Shown one piece after another: positions 41,640 to 51,835 of a stretch of DNA of 64,000 nt (the first letter of the stretch is position 1; each line of letters begins with the position of its first letter). The translations under genes and the position numbers were made by a program. The DNA comes from a virus: positions 64,001-128,000 of the IMG/VR virus record IMGVR_UViG_3300025030_000046; one strand, given 5' to 3'. The notes under the pieces were generated by a model. The model did no database searches. It was not told where the DNA came from and saw nothing but the letters and a program-made list of their open reading frames with translations.

Positions 41640-42152
41640 ATGGTATATCGCGATTTAAGCTTACAGAGGAAATGGCACGATGATGTATCACCAATAAATC
41701 CATACAAAGCTAGTAAAAACTTTGGTGCTGGTGCTGATGGTACAGTGCATGTTTATTATAGCCAAATTGGCACAGAAGGAAATGACTATTCAATAGAAGT
41801 AGTTACACAAGACGGTGCTAATAAAGAAATGAGCGTTGCATTAGCTGATAATAAATTAACTGTAACATTAGGGAAAGATGCTTTAGAAGATATTTCAGTC
41901 ACTAGTAATACTGCAAAATTAATAGCTGAAGCTATTGATGCATTACCCGAATTTGAAGCAGAATATACTGGAACTGGGGCAACTGCTTATGTAACTCCAT
42001 TTTCAGAGGTAGCATTTAGCGGTGGAAGCTATGGTACACCTTGCCCAACGGCAGATGTTCTTGTGTTTGTAAGCCCATATTATTACTGGTGTGATCAAGC
42101 TGGAAGTAAAAACACTGTATCATGGAAAAGGTTTACTCCTGCTACTTATTAA
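41640..42152 (+). CDS. putative structural protein
   Basis: Gly/Thr/Ala-rich beta-type composition; AGGAGG RBS. Confidence 0.55.
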   Translation: MVYRDLSLQRKWHDDVSPINPYKASKNFGAGADGTVHVYYSQIGTEGNDYSIEVVTQDGANKEMSVALADNKLTVTLGKDALEDISVTSNTAKLIAEAIDALPEFEAEYTGTGATAYVTPFSEVAFSGGSYGTPCPTADVLVFVSPYYYWCDQAGSKNTVSWKRFTPATY

Positions 42153-42181
42153 ATTAAATATAATTGTTAGGAGGGTGGACT

Positions 42182-43159
42182 GTGGCGAGATGGGATTTGT
42201 ATGAACAAAAACTGAGAATTGATGGAAATACATTGAGAGATAGACAAATAAACTTATCTAAAAAAGCTATTGAAGATTCATTTTTAAGCAGTCCATCTTA
42301 TAAACAAGGCACTATCAATGATAATGATACTTTAGTTGATGTATGGTTAGTAAATGATATTTCATCTAAAAACATAGATGACAGTTCTAAAAGTTTAATT
42401 ATGATCGATGGTAGTTTAAATGTTGGAGATATATTTAATTGCGAAAATATTAAATGGATTGTAACTAAAGTTGAGCCATATGAAGAAATATACATAAAGG
42501 CAAGAGTTGACAAAATCAATAACATTCTTAAATTCTATAAAAACCACATTTTATTTCAAGTTCCTTGCATTGTTAATAAGGGCGATATGAATATGGATGA
42601 AGCTAAGTTTATATCAATTGCCGCAGATGAGTATATTATGGTTTGTCCTAATAACTCTGATAGCTTAAATATTGATTTGAATACTAGGTTTATATTAACT
42701 GGTAGTGCTTATAAGGTGCTTGGTATTGATAATATCAGTAATGTTGGGTTGCTAAATATTAGGATTAAGGAAGACGTTGTAATTGAAGATGATAATTTAA
42801 CTTTGGGCATCGCCAATTATTACAGTAGTCAGATTATCATTGATACAAGTACTGAAGATATTACAATTAGTCCACTAAGCACTACATTAAGAGTTGGTAA
42901 AAGCGTAACTTATGCAGCAAGGTTTACTGATGGTGGTATTGAAAATAACTTAATTCATTTTAATTGGGAAATAACCAATGTTGATAGAAGTGATGATATT
43001 TATGCGGAAGCCATGCCTAATCATTCTAACAATACTTGTGTAATTACAGCCAAAAATTCTTATTCTGCAATTGGTAAAATCATAAATATAAAAATTTCGT
43101 TAGTTGAAAATCCAACTAGATTTATTGTAAAACAATTTAATATAACGAGTTTGGTATAG
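42182..43159 (+). CDS. head-closure protein with C-terminal Ig-like domain (YomX-like)
   Basis: GTG start after AGGAGG; synteny. Confidence 0.55.
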   Translation: MARWDLYEQKLRIDGNTLRDRQINLSKKAIEDSFLSSPSYKQGTINDNDTLVDVWLVNDISSKNIDDSSKSLIMIDGSLNVGDIFNCENIKWIVTKVEPYEEIYIKARVDKINNILKFYKNHILFQVPCIVNKGDMNMDEAKFISIAADEYIMVCPNNSDSLNIDLNTRFILTGSAYKVLGIDNISNVGLLNIRIKEDVVIEDDNLTLGIANYYSSQIIIDTSTEDITISPLSTTLRVGKSVTYAARFTDGGIENNLIHFNWEITNVDRSDDIYAEAMPNHSNNTCVITAKNSYSAIGKIINIKISLVENPTRFIVKQFNITSLV

Positions 43160-43169
43160 GGAGGCAAAA

Positions 43170-43640
43170 ATGAGATTAAAAGAATTATCTGATTATAAAA
43201 ATAAAATTATCTCTAAAATTATTGATAATGAAAACTTAGTAAAAGCATTATCTAATAATACAGAGGATTTTTTAGACCAGCCTCTTATATCTGATGTAAC
43301 AAGCATTATATATAAAAATGTTTTTCCATATAAATATATACCTTCGGCACAAGAAACAGCAAGTTCATATATCACAATGGCGTTTACAAATTTTTCACCG
43401 CAAAACAGAGAATTCAAAGTCGGAAATATCTATTTCTATATAATATGCCACAATAATTTATTAAAAACTAATTATGGCTGTCTTAGGTATGATTACATAG
43501 TTAACCTTATAGATGAAATATTTAATGACACTGGAAATATAAGTATTGGGGATTTTAAATTTGATTCTATGAGTGACTTTCAGGTAGATAGTAATCATAT
43601 AGGATGTTGGATTTGCTATGAAGCAAGGAGTTTTAACTAA
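43170..43640 (+). CDS. tail terminator-like protein (YomW-like)
   Basis: Synteny; LRYDYIVNLIDEIFN motif. Confidence 0.55.
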   Translation: MRLKELSDYKNKIISKIIDNENLVKALSNNTEDFLDQPLISDVTSIIYKNVFPYKYIPSAQETASSYITMAFTNFSPQNREFKVGNIYFYIICHNNLLKTNYGCLRYDYIVNLIDEIFNDTGNISIGDFKFDSMSDFQVDSNHIGCWICYEARSFN

Positions 43641-43648
43641 TTTATAAT

Positions 43649-44332
43649 ATGGAAAAACTTAGATTATTAGCAAATCTACCTGTTTATGTTGATAAAATCC
43701 CTATATATTCTCCTACTCTTAAAAGCATTGCAGAAATAGGTAAAAAAGAATATTCGTTTTTTTTATCTAGCTGTATCATCACCAAAGATATATTAGTAGA
43801 TAAAGATATGTTTCACGACATAAGTGATTTTGAAATATTAACTCATATGTGCCTTAAAAGTAATTTGTATCCAACATTTATTAATTCTTTATTTTATTTC
43901 ACCAAGTTAGAATTTAGCATGGCAGAACTTAATAGTAAAGAGCTAGTTTTTATGTGCGATGACATTGAATTAAATAAAACTAATTATCACTCATTTATCG
44001 AAAATATAAAATATGTTAATAGATTAGAAGTTCAAGAAACTAAAGAAATGGACGAATTTGATAGGCGTTGTGCAGAAGCAGAGAAAAAGATTCAAGAACA
44101 TGCTGGTAAAGATGATCAGCCAGAGCTAGAAGATTTAATTTCCGCTGTAGCTAATATGGATGGAAATGGTCTTAATATAATGAACATTTGGGGTCTAAAT
44201 ATCTATCAATTCTATGAACAATTACAAAGAGGTCAATTGAAAGAACAATATAGATTGGCTATGAAACAATTGTTAGCTGGAGCAAAACCAGAAGAAATAA
44301 CAGTTGAATCATATTTCAAAACAATTAAATAA
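43649..44332 (+). CDS. YomV-like tail-module protein
   Basis: IYSPTLKSIAEIG, IWGLNIYQFYEQ motifs; synteny. Confidence 0.55.
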   Translation: MEKLRLLANLPVYVDKIPIYSPTLKSIAEIGKKEYSFFLSSCIITKDILVDKDMFHDISDFEILTHMCLKSNLYPTFINSLFYFTKLEFSMAELNSKELVFMCDDIELNKTNYHSFIENIKYVNRLEVQETKEMDEFDRRCAEAEKKIQEHAGKDDQPELEDLISAVANMDGNGLNIMNIWGLNIYQFYEQLQRGQLKEQYRLAMKQLLAGAKPEEITVESYFKTIK

Positions 44333-44356
44333 AATATAAAACAGGAGGTATTTAAC

Positions 44357-45145
44357 ATGGCACTCGGACAAAAACAGATCTGGGCTAAAGTTCTTGATTT
44401 TACAATTCAAGATTATACTACTAAGGCTGTTGTAGCACAGGTAAAATACGCCACAGATGCTAGTATATCTGAAGCGTATGAAAAACTAGAAATAAAAGGT
44501 GGAAGTGATAATCAGATTCAATATACAAATTATCATTCACCAACAGCTAAGTTTTCTGCAAAATTACCATTGATAGATGACAATATAGTTGCAGCTAAAA
44601 CAGGTGCTTCCAATGTAGTTGGAGCGCAGACAAATGCTTTTGATGACACTTTTACTGTAGATGCAACGGCTGGAACAATTACCTTACCAGTTACGGGCAT
44701 TGTAAGTGGTACATTGAAAGTTTACAATGTTGATATTGATGATAATCTAGGTACAGAAGTAACTGCGGTAGCTTCAGCACCAACATTGGAACAGTATTCT
44801 ATTACTGGAAGTGTTCTTACTTTTAATACTGGTAAAAAGGGTACTAGAATGTTAGTTATTTGTGACTATACAACTGGAGCTACTGCTAGTGGAGTTAAAA
44901 TGATAAGTGGTAAACTTCCAAAGCTTATTAGAATCACAGCTAAAACTAAAGTTGAAGATAAGTCTGGTAATATTGCTATTAAAACTATAATCATAGAAAA
45001 GGCTAAACCCGATCCAAATTTTGAATTCGCAACTAGCACATCTGCCGCAAGTTTGGCATTTGATTGTGAAGTATTTGGTTACACAAACGATGATGGAGAT
45101 GATCAATTCTTCAATCTAGTAACAGACCCAGAACTTGACGTATAA
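44357..45145 (+). CDS. major tail tube protein (YomU-like)
   Basis: Thr/Ala/Gly-rich 262 aa, strong RBS, synteny. Confidence 0.7.
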   Translation: MALGQKQIWAKVLDFTIQDYTTKAVVAQVKYATDASISEAYEKLEIKGGSDNQIQYTNYHSPTAKFSAKLPLIDDNIVAAKTGASNVVGAQTNAFDDTFTVDATAGTITLPVTGIVSGTLKVYNVDIDDNLGTEVTAVASAPTLEQYSITGSVLTFNTGKKGTRMLVICDYTTGATASGVKMISGKLPKLIRITAKTKVEDKSGNIAIKTIIIEKAKPDPNFEFATSTSAASLAFDCEVFGYTNDDGDDQFFNLVTDPELDV

Positions 45146-45156
45146 GAGGTGATATT

Positions 45157-45348
45157 ATGACAAAATTTCTTGTTTATTGTCATCCAGCAGTTCCGAGTAT
45201 AGGTATTAAAACTAATACGTGGTACTCGTTAGAAGAGTTGCAATTAAAGTATAGCTTAGAGCATATTAAGTGCTTTTTTCACCCTGCTAACTTCGGTTGG
45301 GAAGAACTTGAACCTGAAACAAAACCAATAGTAAAAACATCAAAATAA
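45157..45348 (+). CDS. small hypothetical protein
   Basis: GAGGTG RBS. Confidence 0.5.
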   Translation: MTKFLVYCHPAVPSIGIKTNTWYSLEELQLKYSLEHIKCFFHPANFGWEELEPETKPIVKTSK

Positions 45349-45360
45349 TCTAAAATATAA

Positions 45361-45399
45361 AATAGGGAAGTGTATAAAAATGATTACTTCCCTATTTTT
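45361..45399 (+). terminator. intrinsic terminator
   Basis: AATAGGGAAGT...ACTTCCCTATT stem plus T-tract. Confidence 0.7.
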
Positions 45400-45592
45400 A
45401 ATTCTTATAAAATAATCTACGAATACAACGAGATTTCTTCTCGTTTCTATAAAATTCAAAACAATTTTAAATATTAATCAAACGAAGATTTTATCAAATT
45501 TTCAAGTTTTCAACACCTACAGCCACAAGGCTTTCGATTTTTTAACAAATTCAAAAACATAAACAAAAATATAAATAAAGGAGGTAATTAAA

Positions 45593-46486
45593 TTGAATCA
45601 ATATCAAGAGTATAAAGGTCAAATATTAGGAGCAACAGAAGAAGGTTTTACAAGACAATTAAAATGTGGCGACGATGGAGTTTTACAGACTTCTATATCA
45701 TCTGGAAACAACCTAATAGGTGCAACAATGACTCATGGAGACGTTCCTATGGTGTTAGTTGATACAACAAGAGAAACACCAATAGGATCAGTATTAGGTG
45801 CAAACGCAGTTTATATATCTCCTGTCGTAGATAGACCAGAACAATCAATACCCGATGGATATATGAGAATATGGGCATTATCAGATCAATCAGGAACATT
45901 GTATCTTGAAGAAAGTAATCAAAGTAGCTCTGGTTGGACAACAACTGCTACCGTGGTTGTATCTGCTGGAGTGTCTAATATAATGACATGGACAAAACTA
46001 ACCAAACGATATTCAAGGTGTAGATATGTAAATGGTGCTACTCCACAAGCAAGTTTTATAATGCTACACTACATGCTTGGTGTTGGCGTTACTCCAATTA
46101 GAGTTGAAGATGGAGACATAGTAACGATAGGTACAAAGAATGACACAGCAGTAATTGACCCTACAGCATCGGGTTCGGTGAATGCTAACTTAAAAGGTAT
46201 AATGAAATCCATACAAGGAAGTGCAATAAACTCTTGTGGAATAGTAAATGTTACTACAGCAGGAACAAGGGTGCAATTACCAAATATTCCATGCAGAGAA
46301 GTTACTATAATTGCTAAGAGATTAACTACTGGATATATATATGCAGGTAATAATGCGGTTTCTGCTGCAAGTTATGGAGTAGAGCTTGCAGCAAAAGAGA
46401 GTTTCACATTTGCTGTAGCTAATGCCAATCAGGTATATATTGATGCTTCTGTAAGTGGGGAGGGGATTTCTTATGTCGCAATCTAG
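45593..46486 (+). CDS. putative virion appendage/structural protein
   Basis: Beta-rich, Ala/Gly/Thr-rich; AAGGAGG RBS. Confidence 0.6.
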   Translation: MNQYQEYKGQILGATEEGFTRQLKCGDDGVLQTSISSGNNLIGATMTHGDVPMVLVDTTRETPIGSVLGANAVYISPVVDRPEQSIPDGYMRIWALSDQSGTLYLEESNQSSSGWTTTATVVVSAGVSNIMTWTKLTKRYSRCRYVNGATPQASFIMLHYMLGVGVTPIRVEDGDIVTIGTKNDTAVIDPTASGSVNANLKGIMKSIQGSAINSCGIVNVTTAGTRVQLPNIPCREVTIIAKRLTTGYIYAGNNAVSAASYGVELAAKESFTFAVANANQVYIDASVSGEGISYVAI

Positions 46487-47717
46487 ATATGATGCAAGCG
46501 GAAGTACTAAGACATTATTGGCTGATATTGCGAATAAGATACTACCGTCGAATTATGTTATTCGAGACGGAATATTATTAGAAGATTTCTCGGTTATTAG
46601 TGGATGGACAGATTCTAGCAAGTTGTCATTAGACACCTCTATTGCACCATTTGGAAATGCATCTACTAAGTTTACAGAAACAACAGCAGGAGCAACGACA
46701 AGTATAGATAAAACTGTAAACTGGAATATAAAAAACTGTGAATCCATAGGAATTTGGTTTACTTGCGATACTGCAAATTTAAATACTCTTAGAATATATG
46801 TAAGTTCTATGGCAAATTTATCAAAATATTACACATTGTTATTTAATTCTGTGACTGGATATCCTTTTAAAACAGGATTAAATTACTTGAAAATACCAAG
46901 GACTGCATTTACTAACTCTGGTTCAGATAATTTTATAAACACAATGGTAAAAATTAGATTCAATGTGGAATCAAAAGCAGGACAAAATGCAATTGTTAAC
47001 TTTCATAAAATTGAATATAATCAAAAGTCTGTTCCAAGTGTAATGTTTAGCTTTGACGATGGGGAAAACACTGTATATAATAATATCTTTGAATATATGA
47101 GAGACAGGGGAGTAAAAGCGTCGGTAAATATTGTATCTGACCTTATTGGTCAAGTTGGAAGATTTACAACTGTAATGTTAGACGATATGTATGACGCAGG
47201 GTGGGACATATGCCCTCATGCTAAAACGGCAGCGGATTATAACGTTATAACAAACGAGCAAGTAATAGTAGATGCCACAACTGTAAGAGACTACATTTTG
47301 GGAAGAGGATATGTAAGAGGAGCGTATCATTGGGCATACCCAAACGGCAGCGCCAATGATGCAGTAATAGCTACATTGCAAGGCTTAGGTGTTTTAACTG
47401 GAAGAGTATACAGCGCCCCAGGCTACATTTCGACTCCTACCGATAACATGATGAAGCTTTTCTGCCAGCGAATGGAATCTGCTACCACAGGAGCTGGAAT
47501 GATTGCAATGGTTAAGAATTGCATTAACTATGGCGGTATGAGCGTAGAGTTTGCTGGTCATAGCGTTGTAACCTCTGTCCCATCAGGATTGCAAATACTA
47601 GACACTGAATTAAAAACTTTTATTGATTGGTTAGTTGCCAACAAGATAAATGTCGTAACAAAATCAGAATGGTATAACCAAAATGTTAACCCTAGATTTT
47701 TGGCGGCAAAAAGATAG
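46473..47717 (+). CDS. polysaccharide deacetylase (NodB/CE4) with N-terminal jelly-roll-like domain; putative appendage enzyme
   Basis: FSFDDG, WDICPH, WAYPNG motifs; ATG at 46473 after GGAGG. Confidence 0.8.
   Translation: MSQSRYDASGSTKTLLADIANKILPSNYVIRDGILLEDFSVISGWTDSSKLSLDTSIAPFGNASTKFTETTAGATTSIDKTVNWNIKNCESIGIWFTCDTANLNTLRIYVSSMANLSKYYTLLFNSVTGYPFKTGLNYLKIPRTAFTNSGSDNFINTMVKIRFNVESKAGQNAIVNFHKIEYNQKSVPSVMFSFDDGENTVYNNIFEYMRDRGVKASVNIVSDLIGQVGRFTTVMLDDMYDAGWDICPHAKTAADYNVITNEQVIVDATTVRDYILGRGYVRGAYHWAYPNGSANDAVIATLQGLGVLTGRVYSAPGYISTPTDNMMKLFCQRMESATTGAGMIAMVKNCINYGGMSVEFAGHSVVTSVPSGLQILDTELKTFIDWLVANKINVVTKSEWYNQNVNPRFLAAKR
46513..46532 (+). repeat. 7-6-7 recombination-site candidate A (in frame, TLLADIA)
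   Basis: CATTATT-GGCTGA-TATTGCG. Confidence 0.6.
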
Positions 47718-47723
47718 TTAGTA

Positions 47724-47746
47724 CTCAATAGGACTAAATTATTCAC
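47724..47746 (+). repeat. 7-6-7 site B; 16-bp direct repeat with site H
   Basis: CTCAATA-GGACTA-AATTATT-CAC; GGACTAAATTATTCAC identical at 52149-52164. Confidence 0.7.
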
Positions 47747-47827
47747 TAAACTAAAATATAAAATAGTTGTAATTCAATAACAAGCATGATACATTAAGAG
47801 TAATAATACATATTTACTTTTAGGGAG

Positions 47828-48820
47828 GTGTTGTGTTTGTTATTAAATCAAACAAATACAGAGATTATACTTACATTAGCAAATCATATTTGTTCGGAAT
47901 TTCATGAAGTAAATCAAGAAAAACTAATTATGATTCTTTCTGATTATGATATCCAAGAAAAAATTACAGACGACGGTAAAGACCTTCAAGATAAAATCAA
48001 AATGTATCTGTCGGCTAAAAAATTAGAAGGACTAAGCAAAGAAACTTTGAGAGGTTATAAATTCGAACTTGGTAGATTTTGCAATGAAATTAAAAAGCCA
48101 GTTGAAGATATTATAACTTCGGATATAAGATTTTATCTTAGTTTATCAAGTGAATTGAAACTAAGCACACTAAGTTCAAAATTATCCACGCTTAAAAGTT
48201 TCTTTGTTTGGCTAACGGATAACGAAATTATACCCAAAGATATAACTAGACAAATTAAGCCCCCTAAAAAAGAGAAAAGATTGGTTAAGGCTTTAAATAT
48301 CGAAGAATTAGAGTTGCTGAGAGAATCTTGTGTAACTCTAAGAGAAAGAGCATTAGTTGAATTATTTTATGCCACTGGATGTAGGCTTTCTGAAATTGTT
48401 CAATTGAACCGTAGTAGTATAGACTTTTCTGATCAATCAGTTAAAGTTATTGGCAAAGGTAATAAGGAGAGAATTGTATATTTTGGATTTAAAGCTATTT
48501 ACCACCTTAAAAAATATTTGATGTCCAGATTAGATCAAGATCCTGCTCTATTTGTAACTGAGCGCAAACCATATAGACGAATGAAAAATCGGGCGATACA
48601 AAAACAATTTACAAAGATAGCGGAAAGAACTGGATTAGATAAGAATATTCACCCACATATTATGAGACATACGCTGGCAACCCTATTGCTTAATAATGGA
48701 GCTGATATAGTTACTGTGCAAAATATTTTGGGACATGAGAATCCTGCAACTACTCAGATATATGCACAACTCACAGAACGGCGGAAGCATGAACAATATA
48801 AAAAATTCTTGGTTCAATGA
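47828..48820 (+). CDS. XerD-like site-specific tyrosine recombinase
   Basis: Intact TGCRLSE, GKGNKER, HIMRH, LGH, TTQIY catalytic set. Confidence 0.92.
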   Translation: MLCLLLNQTNTEIILTLANHICSEFHEVNQEKLIMILSDYDIQEKITDDGKDLQDKIKMYLSAKKLEGLSKETLRGYKFELGRFCNEIKKPVEDIITSDIRFYLSLSSELKLSTLSSKLSTLKSFFVWLTDNEIIPKDITRQIKPPKKEKRLVKALNIEELELLRESCVTLRERALVELFYATGCRLSEIVQLNRSSIDFSDQSVKVIGKGNKERIVYFGFKAIYHLKKYLMSRLDQDPALFVTERKPYRRMKNRAIQKQFTKIAERTGLDKNIHPHIMRHTLATLLLNNGADIVTVQNILGHENPATTQIYAQLTERRKHEQYKKFLVQ

Positions 48821-48858
48821 AGTAAAATATAAAACAAATAGAATAAAAGGAGAAATAT

Positions 48859-49407
48859 ATGAAAATATTTGAACAAATTAAACCTATAGAAATAAATTTT
48901 CAAGATGAAAAAATATTAATCAATCAAAATATAAAATTACTTGATAAGCGAGTATTTGTAGATTTATGCGTTGATAATTATTTTATTAAAGATGAAGTTA
49001 CTGGTGAAATAATTAGTACTTCTGATTTTGATAAAGACACTACTTATTTTTATTGCATAATCAAGTATATGACTAATATGGAAATTCCAGACGATATGAT
49101 ACTGTCCGATCTTTATGACAATATCGTTGGCAGCGGATTGTATAATTTAATTTACGATGCGATACCTTATAACATAAAAAGTGACATTAATCGTAAAATC
49201 GAGGATTCTATTGATGATATTAAATATAAAATAGAAGAAAAAAATAGTATCAAAAATATAATAGTTGACGCTATTCAAGCTTTAATTTCAAAGATTCCTT
49301 CAGAAAAAGAACTTCAGAAAATTATAAAGAAAGCTAAGAAAGAATTCGAGAGCTTTGACCCAAATAAAATGCAAGCAGTTCAGGAAATGTTAAAGGTTGT
49401 AAAATAA
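48859..49407 (+). CDS. putative tail assembly chaperone-like protein
   Basis: 182 aa, position upstream of the tape-measure region. Confidence 0.45.
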   Translation: MKIFEQIKPIEINFQDEKILINQNIKLLDKRVFVDLCVDNYFIKDEVTGEIISTSDFDKDTTYFYCIIKYMTNMEIPDDMILSDLYDNIVGSGLYNLIYDAIPYNIKSDINRKIEDSIDDIKYKIEEKNSIKNIIVDAIQALISKIPSEKELQKIIKKAKKEFESFDPNKMQAVQEMLKVVK

Positions 49408-49437
49408 TATTAAATTAAAACATATAGGAGGAATAAT

Positions 49438-49713
49438 ATGCCAGCATATTTCGGCTCGACCAACATTTTAACTTCTACCGCCAATCAGGAAATAATTCAG
49501 CAACATAAACCGTCAGGATGGACTATTACAATAGAAGCTTATAAATTTGAATTTAAAAGTTTGCAAGATTGCCATATTAAAATCAATGACGGTGCTTCAA
49601 TATTTTTTGAAGCAGGATATGAATTTATAGTTGATATATCAGATATATCAGTATATAAGTTTGTGATTGTTGAATCTGGAATACAATATAAGTATTTTGG
49701 TACTTATAGATAG
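49438..49713 (+). CDS. small beta-rich structural protein
   Basis: AGGAGG RBS; coupled to the tail-spike gene. Confidence 0.55.
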   Translation: MPAYFGSTNILTSTANQEIIQQHKPSGWTITIEAYKFEFKSLQDCHIKINDGASIFFEAGYEFIVDISDISVYKFVIVESGIQYKYFGTYR

Positions 49714-49723
49714 GAGTGATAAA

Positions 49724-51154
49724 ATGAGAAAACAGGGATTTTTTCAAGGAGATGCAAAAAACGATTATACAAATAAAGATTATGTTGATTCACAAGTTAA
49801 TGTAGTTGCTTCTAGTATCAGCAATGTAAATACACAAGTGACAAGTCACAGTGCGCAATTGGCGGAAATTGCGTTTAACGTAAAACTTTTTGGGGCTAAA
49901 GGAGACGGTACAACTGACGATACAGCCGCTTTGCAAACAGCTATTAGCGCCGTAAAAACTGCTGGTGGGGGAACATTGTTATTCCCAAAAGGTACATACC
50001 TAATTAGTAATCAGTTATCTATATCATCTGTTACCCATATGCATTGTATTGGCGCAAAAGATGGAAGTTCAATCATAAAACGACCTTCTGGTGCGGGGAA
50101 TAATTTATTGGTAATTGATGGTTCAAACAAAGTAACAGTTGAAGGATTATATTTCTTGGGAACTGGTGATGTTGCATCAGATTTAGGCAACCTTCCACGA
50201 GGTATTATATTATCAAACTCCAATGATATTCGAATTATAGACAACTGGTTTTCTGACTTAGCAGGATTCGGAATCGAAATGGGCAACTCAAGTTATAACG
50301 TTCAGGTCAGAGGAAATACTCTTTGGAATATAGGCAATTCGTTAGCCCAAGATGGTGCGGGTGACGGTCATGCTATTTCGATGGCTTATTACTTGACGGA
50401 TGGAACTACATCTATTATTGAACGTGTAGTGATAACCAATAATTTAATACATGACTGCCGAGTTCGTGGAATTGAGGTTTGGACGAGTACTGGCGGTTCA
50501 GTAAAAGATGTTGTTATTTCTAATAATATAATAAAAAATACATCAAGAACTGGTATTGCAGTATTTCATGATGGAACTGGAACTATCAACAATATACTAA
50601 TAGAAGGAAATTCTTTGGATTCGTGCGGTAATGCTAACTGTAATGGCTCAATTGAAATTTTAGGTGCAAATACAAGAGATGTTGTTATCAAAGGTAATTC
50701 TATCAAGAGTTCGGGTTCTGGGGGAATTGACTTAGATAGTTCCACTAAAGCAATTTTAATATCAGAAAATGTGATTAACTATGCAAGCTGGCGTGGGGTT
50801 TGTATACGTAGTACAACTTCATTAATTTCGGTTTTGGGTAATGTAATTCGAAATTGCGGCAATGAAGGTATTATTGTTGCTGCATCAAATTGTTTAATCA
50901 AAGGTAATATTTGCTTGGATAATGGTGTAGCTATAGCTAATAATTACAATGGTATAAATATTGATGGTGGTATTAACTGCGTAGCAGAAGGTAATTTGTG
51001 TAAAAATGTAGATAGTGCTGGTAATCAACATTATGGCATGCGTTTAGCTGGTAGTGGACATATTTGCGTAAATAATAATTGCGTAGGAAACTACACAGGA
51101 GCTATTACTGATGTTTCAACAAGCTCTACGTTAGCTAACAATATTACTACATAA
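49724..51154 (+). CDS. pectate-lyase-like right-handed beta-helix protein (depolymerase/appendage)
   Basis: FNVKLFGAKGDGTTDDTAALQTAI...LLFPKGTYLI and repeated ISNNII/IEGNS beta-helix rungs. Confidence 0.88.
   Translation: MRKQGFFQGDAKNDYTNKDYVDSQVNVVASSISNVNTQVTSHSAQLAEIAFNVKLFGAKGDGTTDDTAALQTAISAVKTAGGGTLLFPKGTYLISNQLSISSVTHMHCIGAKDGSSIIKRPSGAGNNLLVIDGSNKVTVEGLYFLGTGDVASDLGNLPRGIILSNSNDIRIIDNWFSDLAGFGIEMGNSSYNVQVRGNTLWNIGNSLAQDGAGDGHAISMAYYLTDGTTSIIERVVITNNLIHDCRVRGIEVWTSTGGSVKDVVISNNIIKNTSRTGIAVFHDGTGTINNILIEGNSLDSCGNANCNGSIEILGANTRDVVIKGNSIKSSGSGGIDLDSSTKAILISENVINYASWRGVCIRSTTSLISVLGNVIRNCGNEGIIVAASNCLIKGNICLDNGVAIANNYNGINIDGGINCVAEGNLCKNVDSAGNQHYGMRLAGSGHICVNNNCVGNYTGAITDVSTSSTLANNITT
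49854..49873 (+). repeat. 7-6-7 site C, perfect dyad (in frame, AQLAEIA)
   Basis: CGCAATT-GGCGGA-AATTGCG with perfect inverted arms. Confidence 0.7.
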
Positions 51155-51185
51155 TAGGACAAATATATACGTGGAAGTAGATAAA

Positions 51186-51341
51186 ATGATAAAGATATTA
51201 ATAAGATGGACGATGTTTAAATTTACAAAAAAATTAACTGTTGATATATCCCAGCCACGAAGTTGTTTTCAATGTCTTCAATATCTTAATAGGGAATTTA
51301 ATTGTGGAGATTGCTCGTTGCAGAAATATAATTCGCAATAG
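51186..51341 (+). CDS. 51-aa Cys-rich ORF between sites D and E
   Basis: CFQC...CGDC; stop TAG lies inside site E. Confidence 0.45.
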   Translation: MIKILIRWTMFKFTKKLTVDISQPRSCFQCLQYLNREFNCGDCSLQKYNSQ

Positions 51342-51410
51342 GACAAAAGTATGTACTAGTGTGTATTAATAAATATTAGTATACAATGATAAAATATGTT
51401 ATAATTATTT

Positions 51411-51564
51411 TAGTAGGAAAATACGGTCAGCTGGTTTGTTAGGTAGTGCGCATATAAAGCAAACGAACTGATATGTACGTGATGTAGCTCAGTTGGTAGA
51501 GCGGGAGCCGCACGGGAGCCGCAAGCTCTGTGTCGTTGGTTCAAGTCCGACCTTCACCCTACTA
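51411..51564 (+). ncRNA. structured RNA with 3' tRNA-like domain
   Basis: Outer stem TAGTAGG/CCTACTA, long hairpin 51422-51477, canonical D-arm TAGCTCAGTTGGTAGAGC and T-arm GTTGG-TTCAAGT-CCGAC; extended -10 TGTTATAAT at 51397-51405. Confidence 0.65.
51478..51559 (+). tRNA. degenerate/pseudo tRNA (GCA in anticodon position)
   Basis: D and T arms intact; acceptor stem 5 of 7 pairs, no CCA; 11-nt tandem duplication CGGGAGCCGCA (51502-12, 51513-23) in the anticodon arm. Confidence 0.5.
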
Positions 51565-51629
51565 CAAATATACACTAATGTGACAAAAGTCATAAAATGT
51601 AATATAATTACCTGTAGGGGGTGGTTATA

Positions 51630-51794
51630 TTGGCTGTTAAAAGGCAAAACATAACGCTTGACCCTGAAGTGTTCGAAAAGTTTTGTACTATTGCAGGACG
51701 TAAGGGCATTAAGATCTCAACGTGGGTTAATCTAAAAATGAAAGAGTTTATTGAGGAAGAGGAATCGAAAGTAACCAAGAAGGGGCACTCGTAA
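51630..51794 (+). CDS. ribbon-helix-helix (CopG-like) protein, 54 aa
   Basis: MAVKRQNITLDPEVFEKFCTIAGRKGIKISTWVNLKMKEFIEEE; TTG start. Confidence 0.6.
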   Translation: MAVKRQNITLDPEVFEKFCTIAGRKGIKISTWVNLKMKEFIEEEESKVTKKGHS

Positions 51795-51835
51795 TGAGTG
51801 CTCTTTCTAAAAATAGCTAAATGGAGGCTATAACA

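Noticed and set aside
51478-51559. Functional tRNA-Cys or prophage attachment site
   Set aside because: Mismatched acceptor stem, abnormal anticodon arm and no CCA; phage structural genes continue on both sides, so it is not a prophage boundary
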